Shown piece by piece: positions 29,001-43,000 of a stretch of DNA of 64,000 nucleotides. Origin of the DNA: Lytechinus pictus (taxonomy: Eukaryota); contig NC_087251.1 in NCBI RefSeq assembly GCF_037042905.1, positions 42,348,001-42,412,000 of the forward strand. The letters are read 5' to 3'. Numbering within the stretch: the stretch's first letter is position 1; each line of letters starts with the position of its first letter. Below the pieces are notes generated by a model. It did not search any database. It was not told the origin of the DNA and saw only the letters and a program-made list of their open reading frames with translations. Both the position numbers and the translations under genes were made by a program.

Positions 29001-32000
29001 TGGCATTATATATGTGCAAGAGGTACGCTGTCATGAGAAGTAATGCATGAAATAGAGAGAAAAATCCAACTCAAAATGGATGAAAGCCAAGCTCGCCGCC
29101 GCCGCCGAGTGAGGGAGAGAGAGAGGCAGTCAGCGTGAATACAGGGTTCCTGAACAAGTGCCAGACAGGGTCATATGAGGAGAGTTCCATTTTTTACTTA
29201 GAACTCTGTCTCTCTGCCCCTTTCATGTACACCATCGCACCATTCTACATATATATGTATGCAGTAAACCTGTTTTGATTTCAATGAGAGAGGACCAATG
29301 GGAACTGAGTGTTTGGAAAGCCTTGAACCTTGTCTGTACTTGGGGAATATCAAGACTTGGAATGATATGTATGGGCAAAAGTAAGCCAAAATACTGAGAA
29401 TTATATAGGATTTCTAGGAAGGCCTACATGTATACAAATTTCACACGTCAAGTATACTGTATAATGTATGTGGACAATGTTTGCGTAGGAGCAAAACATT
29501 ACACTGAACAGTCCAGAAAATAAACGCAGGCTACTTTTCACAATCTGCTCCCAAAATCTGGAACATTGGATAAGCTTTAACATTGCAGTGAATGAGGATT
29601 TTCTGGGGCTCTCTTGATCATTACGAGGACGAAATCGCCCAAGCCCCCTCGAAACTTTTCCCCTGATACAGTCACACATCAGCAGCAGAGCTCGTTCACG
29701 ATCAATTATTTATTTCAATAAGTGGCATACCCTTGAATATTTATTCCCTTTTCATACATCTTCAGAAAGTACTTAACCTTGTAATACTCAGAGAATTCGT
29801 ACGTTGTAATTCAATTTTAAATAAATGCATCTCTTCAACTTTCCAAAGTTAGTAAGGTGTTGACATCTCTTTTTTTTTATTAGTTACAAATATGCCTGAT
29901 CCAACAGACTAGCGGCAGAAAGACCTTTCATAGCAGAACAACTTGCTTCATTCCATCTTCATGGTCAATATCACGGAAAGTATGTAGGGTCACATAGGGT
30001 CACAGGTACAGGGTAAACAAAACACAACCCTGGCTCTTTTCACCAGGCTTTTTACAGCCTCTTCATTCAAATCAAATTGGAATAACAGTAAGGTTCAATT
30101 TATTCATGTCCTATATTACTTACTCCTCTCTCTCTCTCTCTCTCTCTTCATAGTCAGATATCCCTCCTCACATGCCTCTCCTGCTTTCTCCTCCTTTCTT
30201 GATCCTTTTCTTTATCCGGTCTCCTTCCTTTCTCCTTCGCTTATTTTCATTCTACTTTTCATAATTGTCTATCCCTTATTGTTCAAAATGTAGCTTAAAT
30301 TTTTTTTCCCCCCCCTGAACTGTCTTCATTTTCTCTGATCTCGAGTTTCAAACTTTGCCACGTTATCCCTGTTCAAGATAAGCCAATTAAGCACAGTAAT
30401 TACCCTTCTCCCTACAGTATTTCTATCTCATTCATTTTTAGAATCATTTTATAAAGCAATGAAATACCCACCTTTATTCCAATAACTTCACCTGCAGGCC
30501 CTTCCATTAAATGTGAATGCCCCTTCATTACAATCAGGCCAATTTTTTTTTTTCAATTTTGCAGTGCTTCTTTCACCAACTACCGTAAGGGCACTAGTAT
30601 TCAACCCGTTTGGAGAGTTTCTTCAAATATACAGAAATATGGAATTTACCTGAATTTCAGACCTGTCTTATTCCAAGAGCAAATGCTGGTTATTCTTTTC
30701 CCGTTATTTTTTTCTTCAACCGTCAACTGCGTGCGCAGGCGATCGAATTTTACGGCGACGGTTTTGGTACTAGTATTCAATCCGTCGATACTAGTATTCA
30801 ACCTAGTGATGAAAGATGGCCCTGTCTTTCAATCTGCCCTTGTCCCATCCGACTATGGACTAGACCATTTGAGATGAGATCAAACAGGGAATTAATCAAA
30901 GCCAGAGACTTCCATAGATCTAGATCTAATTTAGCAATCTAAACCCTTTTGAAATTTGCTTTCAATCCTCACTAGGTTGAATACTAGTGCCATTCAGTGC
31001 AAAAGGCCATCGCCGCATAATTCGATCCTCCGCGCATACAGTCGACAGATTGATAAAGAAAATACCGACGATAGATTACCCTGGAAATAACAAAGGTATG
31101 AAATTAAGGTAAATTCCCTATTTCTAAATATTTTGGGGAATATGTCAAAATCTTTGAATTATGCCGGGTTGAATACTAGTGCCCATACGGTACTGCCTAA
31201 ATATGCAACAAAAAAAGATAAACTTTACATGTAGCATTGCAGTGAATGGGGGATTTCCTGGGAATCTTTCAAGCACTTTGGGGGCAAAACCTCCCTGGAC
31301 CCTATTTTATTTTTTCCCTAGGTGGTTTCAGACTGCCTCGAAGTTCGTCAGTTCCAGGTATTCTCTGATCGGGAAATTTACCCCGATCAGAAAATACCAG
31401 GTATTTTGGTAATGTGAAAGCAAACTACGCGTAATTTCCCCGAAAGAAAATACCCGCTAAATAGTAGGTACTTGGCGAAATTACGAGAACTTTCGCGGGG
31501 ATTTTTCCAAGGTCGCAGGTATTTTGGCGATGTGAAAGCAAATTACGGGAACTTTTAGCCCAGCGTGTCGTTGGGTGCGGCGCCGTGGGTGGCTGCTGGG
31601 CTAGTAGTTTTGAATCTCGCGCCTTGCCTGCTTATTAGACCATACTGCGCATGCTCCTAACTTCAGGAATTTATCCCGAAGTGTATGTTTCGGGGCGGTC
31701 TGAATGCAGGAATAATTAACGGGTATTTTTTAGCCTAAAAATGTTCTCGTAATTTAACGGGGATTCTTGTGATCGAGGCGGTTTGAAACCACCTCCTGAT
31801 TACATTAAAATATCCATATTTTATCTTTCCTTCTGTCTTCTTCTGCATATATCTAAAGAGTTTTTTCAAAGCAAGCCATGGTGTTTTCATACTGTGCAAA
31901 TCTTTTTTTAAATATCATTATCATTAAATCTGGCTTTCTAGATTGTATTTTCATATTCACCATTTTCTAATGATTTTACTTTATTCTTCAGTCGAAGGCT

Positions 32001-33630
32001 GAAATTATACCAATACAAACAATTCCATTCAACGATACATGCCTAAAACTACAAATGGGTAAAAAGTATAACCACTGTAAATGTAGGCACAATACTGCAC
32101 ACAGACATATGTTGTATATCCTGACATTTTAGACAATATACATGTACTACATGTACATATATAGAAGGAGTGTCTTATAAAATGTCTGCTGAAATATACC
32201 TGTTCTTTATCCTGACGACATGTTTTGCACAAGGAGTACATTGAAGGCACAATCTGTTCATACATAGGTTGACCCTGGAGGGAAGGAATTTAGGCAAGGA
32301 TCTGCATGTCATGATGAGTCAAGGGGTGAACTTTACAACCCTCTTAGTTTAATGACTAGAATTTGCATTTTACTGGCTCATGCCATCTTGCAAAAAAAAA
32401 TGTCTGAATATAATCTAAACGATAGCTGTATCTTTAAAGGGAAGCTACTCTTGTGGAAAAGATTGAATCAATAATTGAGGTTTTCAAATTCTAGTATATC
32501 TATATGGAAAATGTTAAGACTATTATAGGAGAAGGGTTCGATTCAAATAATTATTTCTAAGATGCCCTTATATTCAAGCTATGGCTTAAAGGGGCTGAAG
32601 TATTTGGGCCAAACATTTGTGTGTCCTATTGCTATTGAGTATTTTTAGTGACAATTTTAAAGAACAAACGCTCAACGGCAATACCCTAAAATTCATCCAA
32701 GACTTTATTCAATTTTTTTTTTCAAAAAGGAGCTTAAAAGCATAGGTCTACATCAGAGATTCTGATGAATCCAAAAGATATACATGCCTGCAGAAATGAC
32801 AATCCCACGTAAATTTACAAGATTAGATTGTCATCTTGTCCCAGACTCCCATACAGGCCAACGTGTATATCGAAATCAAATTCAAGAAATAGATCTCTCA
32901 GAGTCAAGAAAGAAGGGAATATTTATAATTTACGTGGTAGTTAATGACTAAAATCAAACTAACATTGGCATTTGATACCAAATATATTCTTTAAGTTAAG
33001 GCAGACCTCGGCCTATTTTAGAATACTGTACTAGAATATATGATAATGTACATACATTACACACATGCACTTGTATTCAGGAGATCATGAAGTGGAGAAA
33101 AATCCACCAAATGTATGTCAGTATGACTTCCTTCTTACAGAAATACATTCTTCACACGGACATGTTACAGAATACATAAGGCTATAACTCTCGGATCCTC
33201 TATCAGCCTTGATCCTGTATTATCTTGACAGTTTGTTGCCTAGCTATACATTTCCCATTAGCCCCACAGAGGCTGTACCACAAATTACAGAGGATATTAT
33301 ACTCGGGCGCCAATATGGCCAGTTTCCTGCCAACGCACACAGAATCACTGCAAAATGTGGATCCCTGCCGAAAAAAGAGACATTTCAAACATACTTCACA
33401 GGGTATACTGCTTGAAGAATACTGTAAAGGGACTTTAAAATGTTGAAAGGCTTTTAAAAATTGCACTGAAGTAATGTACATGTATTTGCTTCTGTATGTA
33501 TATCAAATTAACTATATGTATTATGCCTCTCTTGGAAAAGATTTTATAAGTAGTAGTACTACCAAATAGTAATAGCAGCAGCAGCAGCAGTAGTAGAAGT
33601 TATAGTAGTAGTAGTAGTAGTAGTAGTAGC

Positions 33631-33662
<32 letters not shown>

Positions 33663-33707
33663 AAGTAGTTGTAGTAGTAGTCATAGTAGTATAGCAGTAG
33701 AAGCAGC

Positions 33708-33777
<70 letters not shown>

Positions 33778-33786
33778 TAAGTACAT

Positions 33787-33883
<97 letters not shown>

Positions 33884-33922
33884 GAGTAGTAGGAGTAGCA
33901 GTAGTAGAAGTAGTAGTAATAG

Positions 33923-34000
<78 letters not shown>

Positions 34001-37000
34001 AAGTAGTAGTAGTAAGTAGTAGTAGTAGTGGTGGTGGTGGTGGTGGTGGTGGTGGTGGTGGTGGTGGTGGTGGTAAACTGCCGATTCGTCCATTGCCAAC
34101 TTGTCCACTCATCACATGGTCTACCTTTAGTCATTCTAATGCCATTCCGTCCAACAGTTCTTCTCACAACCATTTGGTAGAATAATCACTTTGTCTTATC
34201 ACCACTTCATCTATGGCCATTTCGTCTAATACCCATTTTCTTTACATTTATTTCGCCCAGTTAACACTTATCCAATCCAATTAGACCAAATGGTTTATGG
34301 ACTAAATATCTAATGGACCAACTGGTTAATATATGAAATGGTGAGTGGATGAAATGGCACTTAGACCATGTGGATAGTGGACAAATTGATGAGAGACCAA
34401 ATGAGAGTAGACGAGTTGGTAATTAGACGAATTGGCATTAGACCAATTGGAAATAAACCCATGTACATGTAGTAGTAGGAGGAAGGGATAGTAGTAGGGA
34501 CAGTGATTTTCCGCGATCGCGGAAAACGGACGGAATTCACGGAAAGGGCCTTTTGAAACGGAAAGTGGCATTTCAAACGGAAAATCACAGAAAACATATT
34601 TTTCCTCAAAATACACAGAACAGCGACAGAAATTACTCCAAAATCTCTACAAAATATGAATATTAAATGGCCACAAAACCCCAGAAAACACGATCTCACT
34701 TCGCTACAATCATAACAATTCACACATCGTGACTGCACTCGACTTCATCACTCGACCGTACCCCTCGCCCGTCCCCGTATCCGGCCGAGCGCCGGGCAGG
34801 GTTGGGCTTTTAAAAAACATTCACATGCACACATCATTTGAACAACAAGGTCGTGTGTTGCTGCCCTCTACGTTTGAAGATGTAACAGCGCACAATATCG
34901 AGATCTTGAAATCCAAAATGGCGGATAGGCGAAAATCGTTGACTGCTGAAAACGATGTCCAAAAAAAAACCCCCAAAATTATCGATGAAATTTCATTTAA
35001 GTGTGAAATAATGCTAATAATGTGAAAGGTGAGGATGTATTCATGTTAAATGTGTTTGTCAAAACATTTTGTGTAGCTGCATAGATCCGATTAAAGCGGA
35101 TTCATTTGCGTTGTTGGTACAGTGGCAGATACAAATTTTGACCAGGGCGAGTGTTGTGATATTGCTATTCAATGGGTAAACGGAATTGTCACTTTTTAAT
35201 GTACACAAAGTCTATGGGGAAACAGAATTTCCGTTTTCTGACATGCTGAAACGGAATTTACGATTTTCTAAAACGGAAAAGGCAATTTTTTGAAACGGAA
35301 AATCACTGTCCCTACAGTAGTCATAGTACACTGTAGTAATATAGTAATACTAGTATAGGCCTAGTAGCAGTAGTAGTTGTAGCACTAGCAGTATGTAGCA
35401 GCATTGGGGGGGGGGGCACTTCCATTGACCATGGCGTTTCGAAAAGCACCCTAAACAAATATTTTCCATATTCTGAAAAAGTACCCCTTAACAAGTATTG
35501 GCATGTGAAACCCTATGCTTAACAAGTATTGGAAACAAAACGGTACCGTTGACAACTATTCCATGAATTGACCCCCTAAACAAGTACAGCGATATTTTTA
35601 TTATGTCACAGTGACAGACGTGATCATGGAAGTCGGCTTTACCTTTACTTACATTGGTTTTAGTACAGCCCGTTCTCCCACACCTCGCTCATATCGGACC
35701 CTAAACACGTAATGTTGGGGCAAAAAGTACATCCTTTATAAAGCATTTGTCTTTTTATAACATCGAATATTTGACCGTAAACACAGAGCTTTCCTAGCGA
35801 AATATACTTTTTTTCAGTATTTTAATGTTTTTTACACTCTTATTACTTTACGTACGTAATGTGCCCAATCTTGAAAAAGAGATCCTTTTTACACGTTTCT
35901 TTGGTCGCGACTGGTATCCACTCGTCAATGGAAGTGACCCCCCTGGGCAGCAGCAGCAGCAGGAGTAGTAGATATGCAATCAGGCTGATCTAATCTAATC
36001 AAGATGGAAAGTGCTCTAAACAAGTCTCATGTATTATTATCATCATTATTATTATCATTACTACTATTATTATTACTATTACTATTATTATTATTATTAT
36101 CTATTTAAGGAGAATCACATATCTATTCTTTTCATTTTTTCAGTCATTAACATACAAGGCACTGACAGCATCTTTCTGTTTACCTACATACATGTAGAAA
36201 CATATAAGGTCTTCATGTTTACTACTTTACTGTAGGCCTACATATAGAACATTAATACTGCATTACACTTACAGAGACAACATTTGTGTGAGAGAGAGAG
36301 AGAAAGGTCATTGTATCAGAATTGTATTCTAACAAGAACAGAACCCCGAGGCCCAAACAGACCTGGATGGCTACATGTATTGACATGATGAAGGCAAAGA
36401 TCATAGACCTACTCGGAGCAAATAATCTGCATGCATGCAAAGAGCAATACCGGTATGCCTATGCTGTCTGGGTCCTATGAACATGTACCACATGCACAAC
36501 AGGGTGCATAGGAAATCGCTGAACATTGCAAACAAAAAACTAGCCAAAGAAATTCAGCTCCAACTTCTTTATTGCTTCAACATCAGCACCTCCGATGATA
36601 TAACAAGAGGCATTTAAATACAGAGTATGAGAATTACAATTCAGTTCTGATTATAATACAAGTATGCTATTCTGCTTAAACTAAAGTTCGAGAGCAGATT
36701 TCCATCTGGAGTCACATGTATGAAAACGGATAATGAAAAAGATTCAATATACTGTACATGTAAGCGCTAAAATTCTATCGCTAGATCTATCTGAAGATCT
36801 GAGCACTATGCTGCATGTACATGTAACATTAGTACATGTAAAAGTCCTGGATATTGTATTGTCTACACAAACAATAGCGCCATACAAGTCAACTGTATAG
36901 ACTACGTACATGCACATGCAAATGCAATTAATACACTTTAAAAAAAAAGAACATACAGGTGGAATCACCGGGACAACAAAGCCCCCACATCTCACATTTT

Positions 37001-40000
37001 AAAGGAAATCAGCTTCTTTCTTAAAAGGTCAAGTCCACCCCAGAAAATTGTTGATTTGAATCGATAGAGAAAAATCAAACAAACATAACGCTGCAAATTT
37101 TATCGAAATCGGATGTAAAAAAAGAAAGTTATGACATTTTTAAGTTTCACTTATTTTTCACAAAACAGTTAAATGCACAACTCAGTGATATGCAAATGAG
37201 AGAGTCAATGATGTCCATCACTCACTATTTCTTTTGTTTTTTATTGTTTGAATAATACAATATTTCAATCTTTACAGATTTGACAAGAAGGACCAACTTA
37301 ACTTAACCATAAACTGTTAAAATAATGGTAATTCCACATGTTCAGGGAGAAAAGCAACTTTGTTTCACTTGACAAGGAGGAGAAAATTAAAATGTTTCAT
37401 ATGTCATATAATAAAATACAAAAGAAATAGTGAGTGGGTGACGTCATCAGTCTGCCAATTTGCATACCGACCAGGATGTGCATATAACTGTTTTGTGAAA
37501 TTAAGCGAAACTTTAAAATGTCATAACTTTCTTATTTTACATCCGATTTTGATGAAATTTTCAGTGTTTTGCTTGTTAGATTTTTCTCCTTTTTTCAAAT
37601 CAACTTTTTGTTGGGGTGGACTTGTCCTTTAAATGTCTGGATAAAGTTTTGATAAATCTAAAGGTTATTGAAGGCCATGTCTTTGTCTACCCCAACAAGT
37701 TGATCAAAAATAGCACCGATTTTTTAAAATTGGAAACACATGCAGGGCTCGCACAGTATAAAATAAGTGACCTTTAGTGGCCAGCAAAATATCAGGGTGG
37801 ACAATTTTTTTTTATAATTGACTGACCGTATTATACCCAAGAATGGCAGTGGCATCATCAACTGACCGTATTTTACCCAAGAAAAACGATGGCGTGCTGT
37901 ACACACAATAACGCATATTGAATTGACAAGATAATGCAAAACAAAATATTGACATTGTCCAACTCTTCAAATGTTATATTGGATTGCTTGAGCCTAAGTT
38001 TTTTTTCAATCACTTTACTGCTACAGTACATGTACATGCATGACAATTTTTTTTTTCATTACATGTATGCTGCATTTAGACAGGCTCCCATTGAGGACAA
38101 TGTGCACTCAACAATCTAATCTTGAGTCTTTCTCTGTCCTTAAACAAAGACTTCCAAGTTTAGTAAGGCAGCTGTTGATTAGTCAAGCTTGCTCATTGTA
38201 ATGGAGATACATGTATGCACAACAAAGCAAGTCAACATGTACACACTGACAAAAGCAGAGTCAATTGAGTCAGTACCCGGTTTGACTCTGCAAGAACTGG
38301 TGCACTGAAGACAAATTGTTTTAAAAAACCTACATGTAAATTGGTTTAGATCTCAGAAATTTTACTTAATAGTACTACACATGACATTAAATTTCAAACT
38401 TTAAATAAATCCATTACGGTAGCTACTTAGGTTGCGATATTTGAGGTTAAAACATTCACCCGGAGATGGCACTAAAGCTAAGCTTACTGCCCAGTTTGAC
38501 CAAGGAATCATAGATCACATTAAAGTATAGAGCAGTTCAATAGCTGGCATAGAAGCTTATGAGCTCCATTGTGCTCAAGAAATTTTTACCAAAACTGCAG
38601 AATACAAATAACAATGCTGTTTTTAAGCATTTCTTCTTTGAGTTTTTAAAGAAATTCATTTTCATGAATTATCTTGGACAAGATTGGTGATGAACAAGAC
38701 ATTTAAAATTCAACATCTTTGGATTTGAATTTCTTGGGAGAATGTCTGATTTAGCCGCACGAATGACAGTAAATCGTGTTTCACCTTGTCACCTACATGT
38801 ACATTCGGCCTCCATATCAATCAATTGAAGTTGCATGTGAATTTCTGCGTGTTCATTTCCTACACCCACACTAATAGTGCAAGGACACATGTAAATGTCA
38901 ATGAAAGGAATGTATTCACAGCACCCCTCTGCCCACTCATCACAGGACAATGCCAGTAATACTAGATCCAACTGAGGGGAACCCACATACATGTAGGCCT
39001 ATATGTAAATGTACAAAAAAAGCATACTATGTAGATCTTCTTCAAACTTGCTCAAGCCTAAAGATACACCAAAGTGGGTGTCCTGATCCCCATTCGGCAA
39101 ACATGGTAATACCATTCTGGGAGAGTCACCAGAAACATGACAATACCCCTCCACTCCTACACAATAACATCAATGGCAACAGGGACAGAGCTCTAAACCT
39201 TTATGGGCACATGCTGGCAGTAGAGCTCAGGAAGAGAGAGAGAGGCTGTGGAAGAAAAGTTCACCAAAGGGACGTCCCCTTGAACATCAAGTTTGTGCTT
39301 CCTGTCACAAAATCTGAGCTAATTACATTTTTTTCCATATACATGTACATCATGTATGCCAGGAGAAATATTGCTAGTCTAAATACCCTGACATTTAAAA
39401 TATTCTCTGAAATCAAAGGCATGAACTGTTTCAGACATGATGAACATGTACACGTAGGCCTACACAACAAAGTGAGTGCTAAATGCACACACAGTAAAAC
39501 ATAATAATGTTCATTACAGTTTTGATCAGACCCCACAAATGAGTTTTTTGCCTTTTACATGTATAGCTGGTCAGAAGCAACTCATGCAAAGAAGTATAAT
39601 TCTACACTAAAGAAAAAAAAATCGTCCTCATAATCCTCACTGAGAAAAAAAAATTAAAGGAGAGATGAAATAGTCTAATTCTGATAATATTAATCATCTG
39701 GCCAAATATATTTAATAAATTCAAGTAAAACTGATGAGAGATCACACTGACTGCAGAGATTGAACAAAGCACTGCAGTATTGCATGTCGTGCATTTTAGT
39801 AAAAAGTTACCATCGCATCATACATTGCACTCATCTGTTAAAGAAATTCCAGAAATACATGTACACAGAAATTCAGGTTATTGTGAAAAAAGAAATTAAG
39901 ATGATATTCAAGGCAGATAATAATTTATAGTTTAAATTCAATCAGTTTCAATCATTCCAGTCTGCTTTTGCATCCAACAATGGAAATGAACTACTGTGTA

Positions 40001-43000
40001 TGTACATGTATCTGTAGGCCTACTCCATGTTTGTAGGTCCTTTGATTTTTAGTTGAACTTGAAAGCTAATTTGAAGGGTAGGGGAAGGCGGGGTAAGTTG
40101 AGCATAGGGGCAAGTTGAGCCACCACCCCCAGGCCAATAATGAATGAGTCAGACATTGTGGTGGTGTCATGTATTGATAACCCATTACATAACCCTTAAC
40201 CCCACCATATTGTTTTCAACTTTGAAACTAAAAGTACTTTTTAGAGGGAAAATTTTCAGCCAAAAAAGTAAAAAAGGGTGTGAAATAGATCAGTGCTTTT
40301 TACCCACACACGTCTTTGAATATAATAAAGAAATAAGAACATTATTGTTAGTCCAGGTATGGATTCTCATTCTTGTCATAGTCTTTTACATTATAGATGC
40401 ATAAGAAATGTGTGGATGTGAAAATATCGCATTAAGTTCGGACTGGGGTGTTTTGAGCCAGCCAACATGGGGCAAGTTGAGCCATGGTAATTCTTATGGT
40501 AATGTATAATAATAATTAAAAAAAACCTTTAAAAGCCATTGATATGCAGCCAGAAAGGAGCAAGTTCATATGACAGTTCTTTTACTTTCAGAGGATGTTA
40601 TTATTTACAGAGAATTAGCAAGTGAAAAGACTTTAAATGAAAAATTGACATGCGGGTTGTTCCCGCATACATTTTGTACATAGTTTTTGTGGCTCAACTT
40701 ACGCCAGAATGTGGCACAACTTACCCCACAGATGGGGCAAGTTGAACCATTTGACATTGTTTTTTCAAAGGTCACAGTGACTTTCAGTGTGGGGATAGAA
40801 AGTTATATATAGGTGAAAAATATTTCCCCAAGAATCAAATTAAAAGGCAAGGTACTTATTTCTACAATATTATTAATCATATCAATTCTAACATGCAAAA
40901 TGCAAAAAGTGTCACAACTTACCCCGCCTTCCCCTATACATGTAACTGTGGGTATTGCATATGGAATGACATTGTGTAGGGGATTTTAAGTATTCAAGAG
41001 TCCAGACATGGCAACGTTTGTCTTTTGCCATTTGATCCTGAACTTGCATAATATTGCTTAATTTGACCAATACAACAAGCCTTACATTATCTCAGAATGG
41101 TAAATTGGTAAATAGTGCTCATCAGCACAGAGCATCAAGCTTGATCAACTATGTTATACATACATTTATGACATTTGACCTTGATCATGTGACCTAAGAC
41201 TTGTCAATGATACATGTACATGTACTTGATTACCCCTATCCATAAACTTTGAAAGTTATGACAGCAATTTAATAATTACCTCCAACATGGCCAAAGTTCA
41301 TTGACCTTAATTACCTTTGACCTTGGTCATGTGACCTGAAAGTAGCACAGGACGTTCAGTGATACTTGACTACTCTTATTTCCAAGTTTTATGAACTAGA
41401 CCAATATAATTTCAGAGTTATGGTAATTCAAAAAATACCCCCAAAATTGCCAAAGTTCATTGACCTTAAATTACCTTTGACCTTGGTCATGTGACCAGAA
41501 ACTTGCACAGGATGTTCAGTGATACTTGATTACTCTCATGTCTAAGTTTCATGAATCAGATCCATAAACTTTTAAAGTTATGATGGTAATTCAACAAATA
41601 CCCCTAACTTGACCAAAGTTCATTGACCTTAAAGAACCTTTGACCTTGGTCATGTGACCTGAAACTCGCACGGGATGTTCAGTGATACTTGATTACTCTG
41701 ATGTCTAGTTTTTATGAATCAGATCCATAAACTTTCAAAGTATGATAATAATTCAACAAATATGATTGTAATTCAACAAATACCCCCAACTTGGCCAAAG
41801 TTCATTGACCTTAGACCTTGGTCATGTGACCTGAAACTCAACAGGCTGTTTAGTAATATTTAATTACAAATGTACCCTTATGGCCAAGTTTCATGAACTA
41901 GGTCCATATACATTCAAAGTTATGACATTTCAAAAACTTCACTTTAAGATTTCGATATTAACTCCAACATGGTCTAGGTTCATCGACCCTAAATGACCTT
42001 TGACCTTCATCATGTGACCTGAAACTCAGGCAGGAAGTTCAGTAATATTTAATTAACCTTATGTCCAAGTGTAATGAACTAGGTCCATATACTTATTAAG
42101 TTATGCTGTCATTTCAAAAACTTGACCTTCGGTTAAGATTTGATGTCGACGCCGCCGTCACCATCGGAAAAGAGGCGCATATAGACTAACTCTGCTATGC
42201 AGGTAAGACAAAAACAGTGATTTAAAGCCCATAGCTATATCTTCGCATGTTCTAAATTCTCCACTTAAAAAAAAATCAGTGGCTGCGGCGATACTTGCAA
42301 TTGCGATGTTTTCGAATTCGCAGTGAATTTATAATGTGCGAAGGTATAAGTATACATGTAGGCTTGAATTCACTGATTTTGATACTGATAGAAGTATGGA
42401 CATGTCATGGAGTGAAACAGTTGCCAAATACTAAAGTACATCTTACAGATTCCTGATAAGTTCATATTTTTGCACCACTTATTTGACTAGACCCCATAAA
42501 AATCCCACATTTATGAATCAGTATGTCAATACCTATAGATTGACCCTGATGGTTCATGTAGTGTAGCATAGTGTAGCCGTAGTGAAGTGTAGTGGAGCAG
42601 ACATGAACCGTCTCCATGATCACCCAAGGAAACTTTGACCCAATATCAACATCTAATATATCGTTGGCGGTCATCCAAATCGACGTATCCACATACAACG
42701 GTTCAAACCCATTTTAGAGAAAATCAACTTCAAAGTTAACCATAATTTTCACACTTATTTCTCCAGCCTTCCAAAATATTCATTGCTAGAAAAATACATG
42801 GTTGGAAAGACCAAGACATTTTGCTTGACAATGGTATCCTTATTTTTACACAAAACCAAGGATCGGAGAAAATATCGCTAAAGAGCTCCATGCTTGTTAT
42901 TTTGGTTTGAGCGGTTTAGATTTCCACTGTACAAAAACGCCATAGGGGATACAACAACTCTGACCGCGATTCAATGCGCGCGGTCAGTCAAAACGTCATA

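Noticed and set aside
33521..34173. Long ORFs with poly-His/Leu/Tyr/Thr
   Set aside because: Translations of the (AGT)n/(GGT)n microsatellite.
38950..39504. 184-aa ORF on the + strand
   Set aside because: No recognisable domain, antisense within an FBXO11 intron, no supporting splice structure.
41172..42214. CRISPR-like repeat array
   Set aside because: Whole units are homologous with no unique spacers, there are no cas genes, and the context is eukaryotic.
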